From NCBI GenBank assembly GCA_051453625.1, contig JBOZIK010000001.1, positions 2,283,865 through 2,322,487 of the forward strand: 38,623 bases of DNA. The letters are read 5' to 3'. The notes below the pieces were generated by a model that made no database searches, was not told the origin of the DNA, and saw only the letters and a program-made list of their open reading frames with translations. Position numbers and translations under genes: made by a program. Below, in pieces: positions 1-11,849 of this stretch (position 1 is the stretch's first letter; each line of letters opens with the position of its first letter). The stretch is from Welwitschia mirabilis. Its lineage: Eukaryota.

Positions 1-453
1 GCAACCTTTGTTTGATCTTGATTAGTAGTAGATTTGCATTACTTTTCCATTCCATTTCATGTTTCATTTTGCATCTTACTTGGATAGATCTCATAGTTTA
101 TGTTGATCAAGAACTAGTGGATACTCTCCTTAATTAATATAAGTTACAGATAAGATAGTCCTTGTGATAGAAGGACTATGATCTAAGTAGAATTGATTTC
201 CATTTTCTATTCACTACATTTCATATCCATTCATCTTGCATTGCTTTTACATTATTATTTACTTTTAGATTAAAAGGCTAAAGGATAAAAATACCTTTGG
301 AAATCAATTCTCTAACTCTAATCCTAGTGCCTTTATTAGGATTACAACATTTGGGTGAACTCTCATCTATACTAGTGTGTGTTTTTTTACTAGTTATTTA
401 ATTTACATATTTAGCTAAAGTACTTTAGGATTGCTTAAATTCACATCGCAACA
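1..453 (+). mobile_element. 3' portion of an LTR (probably Ty3/gypsy) inserted into the Athila-like element
   Basis: Non-coding stretch ending in ...cttaaattcacatcgcaaCA (453). Immediately after it the minus-strand gypsy protease-adjacent sequence begins abruptly. The start of the LTR lies outside the window. Confidence 0.45.
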
Positions 454-3400
454 TGCATCATCATATAAGATAGATTCATGAAGCATTAACAATCTTTGTT
501 CAAGTGGATGATGCTATAAAAATAATGTTGGCTCAATTTCTTCTTCAACATTCCACTCATCACGTAGGTCTTTTTCAGTGGCATTGAAAACTCTAATGGT
601 AAACTTTTTGTTTTCTAAGTGACATTCTATCATTTTAGTTCTTATATCAAATTACAATGGACTATTGCACAAAATGCTCTACTTAGAAGTAGTGGATAAT
701 CTCCATTTTGTTTAACTTTAATCATAACCACATCTATTGGATAAAATTCTTCTTCAATTGAAATCACCAAATATTTTATTATTTCTAAAGATTTATTCAC
801 TTATGTATCTGCCAATTATAAGATAATACATGAAGTCTTAATTCTACTTTCTGAACTAAGTTATTGACAAATGTGTAAAGGTCTAATATTAACACTTACT
901 TTTATATTGATTAAGACTTTCTTAACTCTTTTATTTCTTCCTAATGTAATACTAACTATTGCTATTACTAGATCCTTAAATTTTAGACATTTTTACAAAA
1001 TGAAGTTGGTTATAAATTAGGCTAGGAAGCCTTTACTAGGTATGATTTATTTTTGTTGCCTCTAAATTAGATCCTTTTACAACTTAAAATATTTAGGATT
1101 TTCTTACAAGAGTTTCTAAAATCATAAATTTATGCTCATATCTTGCATTAATGCTTTAAGATGATCATTAAAAGTAGGATTGATATTTATTCTATCAATA
1201 TAAGGAGTTGTAGGTTTCCTTTATTTATCTGGAGAAGAATTTTTCTTATTAAACTTATCACTTAAAGTAAAAGGAAAGTTATGATTTTCAAATATTCTAA
1301 TATCCTCTTCTTCATCTTTCTTACCATTTTTAGAAGTTGAAGCCTCATGGGTAGGAGGTGTTGTATTATTTCCACTTCTTCATTAGGATTTGATATAGGT
1401 TGTATTGTAAGTGATCCTTGTGGTCTTTGATTTACAAGTGTAGTTTGTTAAAGAACATTCACTAAATTTTCAATATTTGAATTTATCTTCTCTTGAGATT
1501 TTTTAAGTTCGTCAATGGAATTTCTAAGTGGATCATTTTGATTTTGAGAATTCGATGTACGTGATTGACAATTTAAGCTATTTGGTTGGAAGTTTAAGTT
1601 ATTTGTTTAAAATTTTACATTCTCAAATCTACTTCTAAAGGGTTGAAAATTTGGATGATTTGTTTGCCAGTTCTTGAATTTATTTTGAAAAGATTAAAAG
1701 TTAGATTATCTATTCATACTAGGTTGAAATTGGTTTTGATTTTGATTTTAATTTTTAAAGTTTAAATACTTTTAATTGAAAGCACACACTTCTTTATAAA
1801 TTTTTTCTTTATAAGTTGGTAATAAAGGACATTCTTTAGTTGCATGATAGTTGTCTTCACACAAATTACAAGTTGGAATCACATTCTTTTTAGTTGCTAC
1901 TTTTACATCTAAAATCATTTAATTATATTTTTTTAATGTTATTGTAAAATTCTTAATTACATTTATTGGTTCTTTTTTTGTTTTCACTTCCTCCTTTTCT
2001 TATTTTACTTCTTTGAGATCTTTTATGATTTATCCTATAGTATGATTTTCCTTGGGTGTTGGTTTAGGCCATATTTACTTTCACTAGTTCCTCTAATAAC
2101 CTCCATGCATTTTTTAATGTGAGATTCATTAAATTTTCATCACATAAAAAATCTGTAGGTTGTTTAGTTTGCTATTTGGTTCACTATAGAAATAATCTAT
2201 TATTTCTTCTTGAGTGAATGCATCAATGGGATTAGAATGAATTGCAATGAAAAATCATTCATAAGTAGTGGCATAATCTTAATTAGGTCATATTAAAAAT
2301 TTGTTACCTCTTTTTTCNNNNNNNNNNNNNNNNNNNNNNNNNNNNNNNNNNNNNNNNNNNNNNNNNNNNNNNNNNNNNNNNNNNNNNNNNNNNNNNNNNN
2401 NNNNNNNNNNNNNNNNNCCTCCTTTTCTAGTTTTACTTTTTTGAGATCTTTTATGATTTATCCTATAGTATGATTTCCTTTATGTGTTGGTTTAGGCCAT
2501 ATTTGACTTACTTTCACTAGTTCCTCCAATAACCTCCATGCATTTTTTAATGTGAGATTCATTAAATTTCCATTAAATAAAAAATCTACAAGTTGTTTAG
2601 TTTGGCTATTTGGTTCACTGTAGAAATAATCTATTATTTCTTCTTAAGTGAATGCATCAATGGGATTAGAATGAATTACAATGAAAATTCATTCATAATT
2701 AGTGACATAATCTTCATTATGTCATTCTTGAAAATTTATTACCTCTTTTTTTCTTTTCTTATTGTTGTTTCATCTTTTTGTAAAGACTTGTTGAACTTGG
2801 TTTTATGTTTTTAAGCTTTTATATGGAATAGTTATTAGCCATAATTTCAGTTTTTATTTTAATGTGATGGGAAAGATAACCATGTAAGTATGATAAATAA
2901 TTAATTTTTTACCATTTCCTAAAGTAAGAACTAATTGTTTAATGTCGTCTATATGTTGGAGGGAATCTTTATTATTTTCTCCATTATAAAAAGGATATGT
3001 ATTTAAATTTCTTGATTCAATATCATTACCAAGAGGTAGGTCAAAAGGATTTTGGATTTGACTCTTTTTACTTACAGTTAGTTTCTTAATACTGACATTA
3101 TCATTTGGATTTATGAGTAGTAGAGGTTTCTATCATGACAGAGAGATTAGATAAAGCCATTTTTCTTGTTTTTGTATAGAATTTGGTGTTGTAATAAAAC
3201 TATTTTCTTTAAAATGTTTTTTCCGAATATTTTCTTTGGAGAAATCAGATTTAGAAGTAATAAATTGATAAAAATCTTATTGCTTAATTCTTAAAATATT
3301 TTACATACTTTAGGTGTACATACCTAAGTTTAGTTCATTGCTGATCAAACATTTTTAAATGCTTTTTTTTTCTATTAGTAGGCACTCTCTCTAGCANNNN

Positions 3401-4787
3401 NNNNNNNNNNNNNNNNNNNNNNNNNNNNNNNNNNNNNNNNNNNNNNNNNNNNNNNNNNNNNNNNNNNNNNNNNNNNNNNNNNNNNNNNNNNNNNNNTTCT
3501 TTTTTTGTTTTTACTTCCTATTTTTCTAGTTTCATTTCTTTAGGATCTTTTATGATTTAGCCTATAGTATAATTTTCTTTAGGTGTTGGTTTAGGCAATT
3601 TTCTACTTTCTTTCACTAGTTCTTCCAATAATCTTGATGCATTTTCTAATGTGAGATTCATTAAATTTTGATAACATGAAGAATTTAAAAGTTATTTAGT
3701 TTGGTTCTTAAGTCCATTGTAGAAATAATCTATTAATTCTTCTTAAGTGAATGCATCCATGGAATTAGAATTAATTGCAATAAAAAATTATTCATAAGTA
3801 GAGGTATAATCTTTATTAGATTGTTATTGGAAATCTGTTACCTGTTTATTTCTTTTTCTTATTGTTGTTTTGATTATAAATATTTTTATAAATGCTTCTT
3901 AAACTTAGTTACATGTTTTTAATCTTTTATGTGGAATAGTTCTTAACCATAATTTTGCTTTTTCTTTTAATGTAATGGAAAAGATAACCATATAAGTACA
4001 ATTAATAATTCATTTTTACCCTTTTCAGAAGTAAGCACTAATTATTCAATGTCAACTATATGTTGGAGGGAATATTTATTATTTTCTCCATTAAAAATAG
4101 AATATTCATTTAGATTTCTTAACTTGACATCATCACCAAGAGGTAGTTCAAAAGGAGTTTGGATTTCACACTTTTTATTTGTAATTAGTTCTTTAAGAGT
4201 AACATTAGCATTTGGATTTATAGGAGTAGTAGAGGCTCCTATCATGATAAGAGGATTAGGTGAAGCTACTTATTTCTATTTTTATGTAGAATTTGAATTG
4301 TAATAAAATTATTTTCTTCTAAACTTTCTTTTGAAAAATTTTCTTTGAAAAAATTAAATTGAAAAACAATAAATGTAGAAAAATCTTCTTGTTCAATTCT
4401 TAAAATATTTTGCGTATCTGGGGTGTCTATACCTTGGTTTATTTCTTAGTCAATCAAATCTTCTTGGATGTTTTCTTTAATCAACAACTGTTCTCTCTAG
4501 TACTTCATCTTTTTACTAGAGTTTGCTATGTCTCAGCATGTTCAGTTCTATTTATGTAGATGTTGTTTCAATATTCATATAGACACTATACTTTGATAAC
4601 AAAATACACATTAAAAAAAAAAAAACAAAAATAAAAGATACAAAAAAACAAAATTACAAAATTAATAGTCATCCTATAAATCATCTAGATAACATAAGGA
4701 CCAATAGAAAAAGCCCTAGTTCTTATGAAATAGTTTAACAAGCCATCATTACCACACATCGTCCAGATGACAAAGGGGACAACAAGA
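454..4787 (-). mobile_element. Degenerate Ty3/gypsy (Athila-like) internal region: gag with CCHC zinc knuckle and aspartic protease; pseudogenised
   Basis: Minus-strand translation gives VIPTCNLCEDNYHATKECPLLP (C-x2-C-x4-H-x4-C, ~1829-1870). At ~660-985 it gives KFKDLVIAIVSITLGRNKRVKKVLINIKVSVNIRPL...LADT*VNKSLEIIKYLVISIEEEFYPIDVVMI...YPLLLSRAF, matching the Athila-type protease pattern KLKDPG...ALxDLGASVNxxP...QLADRS...YPVDF...PIILGRPF. Many stops and frameshifts. Confidence 0.8.
1970..4502. repeat. Three diverged tandem copies of a ~1 kb gag segment (1970-2317 partial, 2418-3396, 3497-4502), separated by 100-N gaps
   Basis: Shared blocks such as cctatagtat(g/a)atttt, aatgtgagattcattaaattt and agtgaatgcatc occur three times. 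Copies 2 and 3 align through to ctctctag. Confidence 0.9.
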
Positions 4788-6163
4788 TGTTATATTTAGG
4801 ATTCAAATTGAAAAATTCAAAAAGAAAAACCTATGGCTCTTCTATAAAGATACAATGCTACTATAGACAAATACTTGAACTGAAGTCTAAACTACTTATT
4901 TAAGTAATGAGTAGCCTTTCTTAGCAATAAAACCAAGATTTTTTAGTACATATTTATGCAAATGTTATATCCTCAAACAAATCCTAAAAATCACCAAAAT
5001 GTATATTGCACAATACAACATACTAATATAGATAAGAGTAGACTTAAATGTCATAATTTTATCAAAGGAATAAGTGAGAAGAAAGAGAATGGATTTTAAA
5101 TGAAATACTTATGCACTTTATAAGTAGAATAAAATAAAAATGCAAAGTAAATAATGCAAATAAAAATACTATGCAAATGAGATGGAAAATATATTCTAAA
5201 TGTAACATCCATTTGATTGCCAGATTAACCTATCATGAAAATTGTCCTTGTATAATCTAGATCAACCAATTAAAGTTATTACTAGACTAATATTAAGCTA
5301 AGCTATTAGATACATTTAACAAAATATGAAAATAATGCAAAATCTAGAAAATGAAATGTAATAAACCTAAACTAATGATGTCAATATTAACAGAAAATAC
5401 CCTCATGATCTATATCATAGATGAAGCTATCACAAAATCATAAGAAACATAAATCATAAGGGAGATGCACATAATAAAACATATAAAATAAAAACAAAGT
5501 TTTGATTAATTGAAATCAACGTCCATATTACAAAGGATTAGCACCTTAGTGAACGATACATAACCTAATACCAAGGAAGGTGTCTCTCTGTAATAATAAA
5601 GGATGGATCTCCTATTATGAGAATTTTTAGTGCTATATAAGTTAAAGTCAAAGTTAAGGGAAAAGGAGGTCTTTATTACAAATAAAGATTCTAAAAATAG
5701 CAAACACTAAGAAAAAGCCCTAACGACCATATAAGAAGATGCATGTAACATAGGAAAAGTTTGGTAAAGTTTGATAAAGTGTTATATTTAGGTGTCATCC
5801 TATGGGTCATCTAGACATCATAGAGATGATGCCACATCATACAGAATCCACATTAGCTATTAGATTAATCTAATAAGGGTCCTAGTCAGCATAGGTTCTT
5901 GTGTCATTTATACTATCATCTAGATGATAAGATGGATAATGGACTTTTTAAATATGTTTCTTATGTCAAATCAGCCTCTTTGATTATAGGATTACTACTT
6001 TAGATAGGAAGTATTGTAATTTGCCTGAAATGATGTCAAATATAATGAATATTATATGTTTTTGTGATATTTGCCTTAGCTTTCCATCACCATTGGAACT
6101 TAGCATAAACTCGTCTAATCACTTACAAAACTACCTAAAATACCTTAACAAATACATAAAATT
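4788..6163 (-). mobile_element. Probable 5' LTR of the Athila-like element (runs into gap)
   Basis: Non-coding region upstream of gag. On the minus strand it ends ...aaCA at ~4788 and is followed by a degenerate PBS-like stretch. The other end (acttacaaaactacctaaaatacc) resembles the reverse complement of Athila LTR starts. It contains a palindrome, tatcatctagatgata, at 5914-5929. Confidence 0.5.
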
Positions 6164-6771
6164 NNNNNNNNNNNNNNNNNNNNNNNNNNNNNNNNNNNNN
6201 NNNNNNNNNNNNNNNNNNNNNNNNNNNNNNNNNNNNNNNNNNNNNNNNNNNNNNNNNNNNNNNNNNNNNNNNNNNNNNNNNNNNNNNNNNNNNNNNNNNN
6301 NNNNNNNNNNNNNNNNNNNNNNNNNNNNNNNNNNNNNNNNNNNNNNNNNNNNNNNNNNNNNNNNNNNNNNNNNNNNNNNNNNNNNNNNNNNNNNNNNNNN
6401 NNNNNNNNNNNNNNNNNNNNNNNNNNNNNNNNNNNNNNNNNNNNNNNNNNNNNNNNNNNNNNNNNNNNNNNNNNNNNNNNNNNNNNNNNNNNNNNNNNNN
6501 NNNNNNNNNNNNNNNNNNNNNNNNNNNNNNNNNNNNNNNNNNNNNNNNNNNNNNNNNNNNNNNNNNNNNNNNNNNNNNNNNNNNNNNNNNNNNNNNNNNN
6601 NNNNNNNNNNNNNNNNNNNNNNNNNNNNNNNNNNNNNNNNNNNNNNNNNNNNNNNNNNNNNNNNNNNNNNNNNNNNNNNNNNNNNNNNNNNNNNNNNNNN
6701 NNNNNNNNNNNNNNNNNNNNNNNNNNNNNNNNNNNNNNNNNNNNNNNNNNNNNNNNNNNNNNNNNNNNNNN

Positions 6772-7971
6772 TTACTTGAACATTTTCCATATGAAATCTA
6801 TAACTAATAATAAAATGATTATCTCAAAGCATACATTCTAACAAGAAAGCTATAATAATCAAATACCACCTAATATGCTAATTAATTTTAAAAAATAAAG
6901 ACAATATTGAGATAAGTTCTTACAAGAAATTTTATTACTAGTTAAAGATAAAAATTTGGTTTCATAAATAAAAATAAAATTAGGTTTTTCTTTTGGGCAT
7001 CATATTTTAAGGGTCTCAATTCTTGAGGAATCATTATAATTCCTCAAATTTCAACTAAGTATCTTTCTTGGTAATACAACAATGAGTTAAATTATTCTTT
7101 TAATTTTCTAATTTAATATATCATAGTTTCAATAAGCATTTATTAATGCTAATTAACCTTTATTGTAATTATAGTCATTTTAAGTCATTAGCTTTGGTAT
7201 TCCTGAATCTTGAATATTTTCTTTAAAATCAAAAAAATAAAATCAACCATTTATTCATCCAAAATATTGATACCTATTTTGATGAATATAAGTTTTAAGA
7301 AAAACTAAGTAATGATCTAAACCAATACAAGTAATAATTTGACTCTAACATTCTAGGGAAAAAAACCAAAAGCTAAAGATATTCATAAGAATTCTATACA
7401 AATTTTTAAGGATTAAATTTGAGCTAGAGTTTCTATTATTTCAAGTATATTCTTTTCATTCTAGTTTCTACCAAACCATAATAACTTATACTTTTTTCAA
7501 AATTTTCACTTCATTAAATAAAATAAGAAATTCCCATTCATTTTTCATATTCATCAATCATAACATAAAATCATTATTAACCTGAATAAGATTAGAAAAT
7601 TTTAAAATATTTTAATATAAAAAGTTTTAAAAAAATATTTTATTTTCTTCATATATTAGATAATAGATACTAAATAAATTTACTTGAACATTTTCCATAT
7701 GAAATCTATAACTAATAATAAAATGATTATCTCAAAGCATACATTCTAACAAGAAATTCATAATAATCAAATACCACCTAATGTGCTAATTAATTTAAAA
7801 AAAAAACAAGATTGAGATAAGTTCTTACAAGAAATTTTATTACTAGATAAAGATAAAAATTTGGTTTCATAAATAAAAACAAAATTAGGTTTCTCTTTTT
7901 GGCATCATATTTTAAGGGTCTCAATTCTTGAGGAATCATGATAATTTCTCAAATTCCAACTAAATATTTTC
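6772..7971. repeat. Direct repeat 6772-7067 / 7680-7971 (period ~905 bp) duplicating the start of LINE ORF2
   Basis: ttacttgaacattttccatatgaaatctataactaataataaaatgattatctcaaagc...gggtctcaattcttgaggaatcat occurs twice with scattered substitutions. There is no gap between the copies. Confidence 0.92.
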
Positions 7972-8700
7972 ATTATGGCAAAGAGGATGATTCCTTTCCT
8001 TTTTAATGTTATTTTTCTCTTTTTTTACTTCTTTTGATCATAACATAATAAATGTTTCCTATAGTTCTTTTTTCAATTCTGTCTTTTCATAATAGATCTT
8101 TTAAAAGAGGGTAATTGTATTTTCTTACTTTTATTTTTTCCTTCAAGATCCTATGTTTTCTTATTGATAATGTTTAGTAGAAGATGTTGGGATACTTAAA
8201 AAAAAGATAAGTTAATAGAAGAATTATATTCGATTTATTGTCTTTAAAGAAAATGAATTGTTATCTTGCTCTATAAATTTTTAGTTTTACATCTACATTG
8301 TACTTGAAAATATCTTTATCTATAGTTCTTATATCTACATCTACAATTTGTTTGAAAATATTGTTAACTACTTTTTAATTTTTATGTAAAGGTTTAGAGA
8401 TATTACATATTAAGTATCTTTAGTAATTATGTTATCCTTATTCTTTTTATATGAATATTTTGTTATAGTTAATTTAATCATTTTAAGAAGTGTACGTTTT
8501 TTAAAATATCATTTTATGAATATTCAAAATGCTTTAAAGTTTTTTGTAAAGAAGATATGAAGTTTGATTTTGCATTGTGATATTTAAATCAAGGTCAATT
8601 ATTTAAGTAGAAGAATTATTTTGATGTATTATATTTATAGCTTCCTCCCTGATTAATTTATTAATATGACTATATTTCTTCCAACTCTTTTCTTTTGAAA
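6772..8700 (-). mobile_element. Degenerate L1-clade LINE: ORF1 C-terminal remnant plus ORF2 APE endonuclease
   Basis: From ATG 7973 on the minus strand: MKIFSWNLRNYHDSSRIETLKI*CQKEKPNFVFIYETKF (SWNVRG...QETK motif). Then NLIQVNNDFMLLIDEYEK (GGDFN), EYT*NNRNSSSNLILKNLYRIL (FTWxN...RLDR) and GLDHYLVFL (SDHxP). ORF1-like LICNISKPLHK at ~8385-8415. Confidence 0.75.
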
Positions 8701-8749
8701 TACATTTATCTTTTAGAATAGATTTTTCTATTTGATGTAAATGTATGAC

Positions 8750-10380
8750 TTTGAATTTTTCTATGGCATGAAAGGTTAAATTTTTTTCATGAATGATATG
8801 GATGAATGCTTTACTACAAAGAATAAAGAAAATTTCAAACAAGTCTTAAAAAGCTTGTACATGGACTATTTTATAACAGGAATTATTCTATTTGTAAACT
8901 GAAAAATATGAACAATATCTAAACAAAATGAATTATAATCCATTTATAAAAAATGACCAAATAAAAAAAATTGAGAACCCATTTTAAAATTCCATAAATC
9001 ATGATCTAGATTTTGTAATTGTATTGAAACTATCCTCCAAGATTAATATAAATAGAAATATAAGCCTTATATGTTTGGATTTCATGGCTAAAAGTTCTAC
9101 TAGGAATAAGATTTATACTTATCAGTTTCACATAAGAAATAGGGAATCATAATTTAGTTGGAAATTAAAAAAATAAAAATATTTCTTAGATGTCAAAAAA
9201 TTCAAATCTAAGAAAAATTTAGATGGATAAGTCTTTAAACATATCTAAATGTTTAAGAAAAAATCAAGCAACTAGTGAAGGAATTTTGAAGAATGTAATA
9301 GTTTTTAGCATATGATTCTACCACATTCAAAATAGCTACATTTGATGTTGTTAAGATATGCTATGAATTCCTTATGTCTTATATTGTACATTTAATGTGG
9401 AGGGGTTTGAATGATGTTTTATCAATAATTGCCACTTAGTATTAATAAATATTAATATTAAAATAATAGAACATGTTAAATCACTTATTAAATACACTTT
9501 TATTTAATTACTAATCTATTCAAATGAATTTTATTTGTTTCTTGCTTTATCATAATTGTTGCTATCCTTAGAATAATCCTAACTCATATTTATGAAAGTA
9601 TTCTTTCTTTTATTTTTAACATCTGATAATGTATATGTAGGTTAGAAGTTTCTAGTAAATGTTGCACTTTAATTTAATGGATTTTTGATGAGTTATTTTT
9701 CCTTGAAATATAGGATTAAAAAAGAAGGGTTTCAAGGGATCTAAAGTAATGATGGAGAATGGAAGAAATTCTTCCTTTTCCCTTATGGTCTACAAAGTTA
9801 ATAGATATTTTTTATCCTTACGTTCTACTAGATTTTTTTAATTGGTTGTTTACCATCCCAAGAGATATTTAGTTATAAGCTTAAATATTTTCATGTTACA
9901 TCATTCTTTAATCTTTCTAAAGGTTTTTTAACTTTTCATCTCAAGAGAGGAGTCAATAGCAATAAATTTATTAAGGTTTATCCTTGATATGTAAGTTTAA
10001 CCCTTTTTCTTCTTTCTCCTTATCCTTTTTTAACTTTTTCTTTTTTGATAAATAAATCATGGATCAAGGATTTTTGAAGTTAATGAGGTTTCATCTATGA
10101 AGATGCTGATTTAGATTGAATTCCCAAATTTGAAGACCTTTCTTTGATATCTTATTTTAGATTTATGTAAAAATTTGGGTGCCTTCGTTATAGAAGAGTG
10201 AGAATCATTAATTAATCTTAAACTAAGGAAAACATGCATGTATTATTATTGATTTAGTGTTTATAGCTTTATTTCTAGACATTTTAATGATCAATATAGG
10301 TCAAAACATCATTCTATAAATAATTTGTTACCTCCATTTGCTAAGGAGCTATAGTTAACTATTATGTTAAGAAATAATCT
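8750..10380 (+). mobile_element. Highly degenerate LINE remnant (ORF1 DUF4283-like plus start of ORF2 endonuclease)
   Basis: Near 9386, removing one base gives CTFNVRGLND. Downstream: WIFDE...DGEWKKFFLFPYGL and KFNPF. Upstream fragments KN*EPIL, CLDFMAKSSTR and IFLRCQK resemble the ORF1 of the LINE at 37104-37295. Confidence 0.45.
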
Positions 10381-11849
10381 TATTCATAATATCCAAAAGC
10401 TAAAGGTATAAGAGGAGACTTCTTCATCTAAATTTAATGCAAGAACATCCATTAAATCTTCCAAATCTATAGAAGGTGTTTTTTCTTATTCCACTATAAA
10501 TACCAACATAGAGAAATCTTAGAAAGCTCTTGAAATGGATCTTCCTAAGAACTAGTAAATCTTCAAGTAAAACTGTTTCCTTAATAGAAAACAACATAAA
10601 AATTCTATTGTTTCTATCAAATATTCCATGAATTAATATTTTCAACCTCATAAATCTGGATAAGGCTCATTACATTTGAAGAGCCTAGTTGGTAAACATG
10701 ATTTTATGATTTATTTAACATGTATATCTTTTGTAGATAACTTGCTTAAATACGTTAAGAAATTAGGTTGCTTTTATCATGTTCCTTTTCATACTATTTT
10801 CTTTCAAAAGCTATTAAAATTTTTCAATTTGAAATAGAAACCTTGATATGTTACCCCCAAGCAGGTGTAGGAAATTACTCAGTTGTTTCTGTCAGAAGGG
10901 CCACATTGTCTACCAAGTGGCCAAGACTCAACCAATAGCATTTCTACAATGTGTACTAGTTATAAAGGTACTCTTCACTGCAACTCATTCCTCATCCCCT
11001 ATAATGAGGATTGATACTTGTTGGCGTGGTCTAAAATCAAGCTTTATTGGAAAAGAATTGATGACTTAAACCTTACCATGGCCAACGTCTACCACTAATA
11101 CGCCTTAGCATCACCTTCCATTCTCATGTGGTTAATTATTTAAAAAATTAAAAAAAATTTTAATTCCATATGGTTTAGAATTAAAATTTAATATTTATCT
11201 TTTGTTAATATTATTTTTATGATTTCTTCAATAAAAAGGAAAAAAGAAAACAATGTTGAAACTCATTTGAACATCATAATCCCTTACTAAATTAATAATT
11301 TTAATTTATAAAATTTATTACATATACATTTTTATGTGGTACTCAATCTCCTCTATGATTATCCCTTGAAAAAATAAAGGCAATAAATCTTATGAAAAAA
11401 ACTTTAGTCTTTCAGTTATTTACACTCAAAATATACAAATATTAGCATAAAAATCATAAATTAGTAATCATTATAAATTTATGTCTTATAAAAATGTGGG
11501 AAATTATGAAAAAATTAGCTAAAATCATTATATCCTTAATATCACACATGAATCTTTTCAAAATTTTCTTTCTTGTCTCAATAACCTATGCATAACAAAT
11601 GTAATACTGCTACAACTATATAGTTAAGTAATAATGGTCAAGATGATAGGAGTTTTCATATAGGATATGCTTCTAATATTTTTATTATTTTTGATGAATT
11701 TATTTTTTTTGGATTGTTAGAGGATTCTTTAACCCTCTATACTAATTTCATAACAACAAAAAATTCTTAGTAGCCTTTCCTTTTCCTTTGTACAAAACTT
11801 AAAATTTGTGACAACGATCTTAATTTTAGTTGCAATTGTATTACTCCTA

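Noticed and set aside
6021..6790. Long ORFs in the track that span N-runs (also 13552-14334, 19059-19670, 36675-37287)
   Set aside because: Their length comes from undetermined bases. Only the flanking residues are informative, and those are TE-derived or non-coding.
8600..9060. Minus-strand endonuclease reading (LILEDSFNTI) or endogenous pararetrovirus
   Set aside because: The plus-strand LINE ORF1 reading fits better in order with the adjacent ORF2 start. No movement-protein, capsid or caulimovirid RT motifs were seen.
11040..11125. Actin-related protein similarity (GVLVVDVGHGKV)
   Set aside because: A single short motif flanked by stops; the rest of the frame does not follow actin/ARP sequence.
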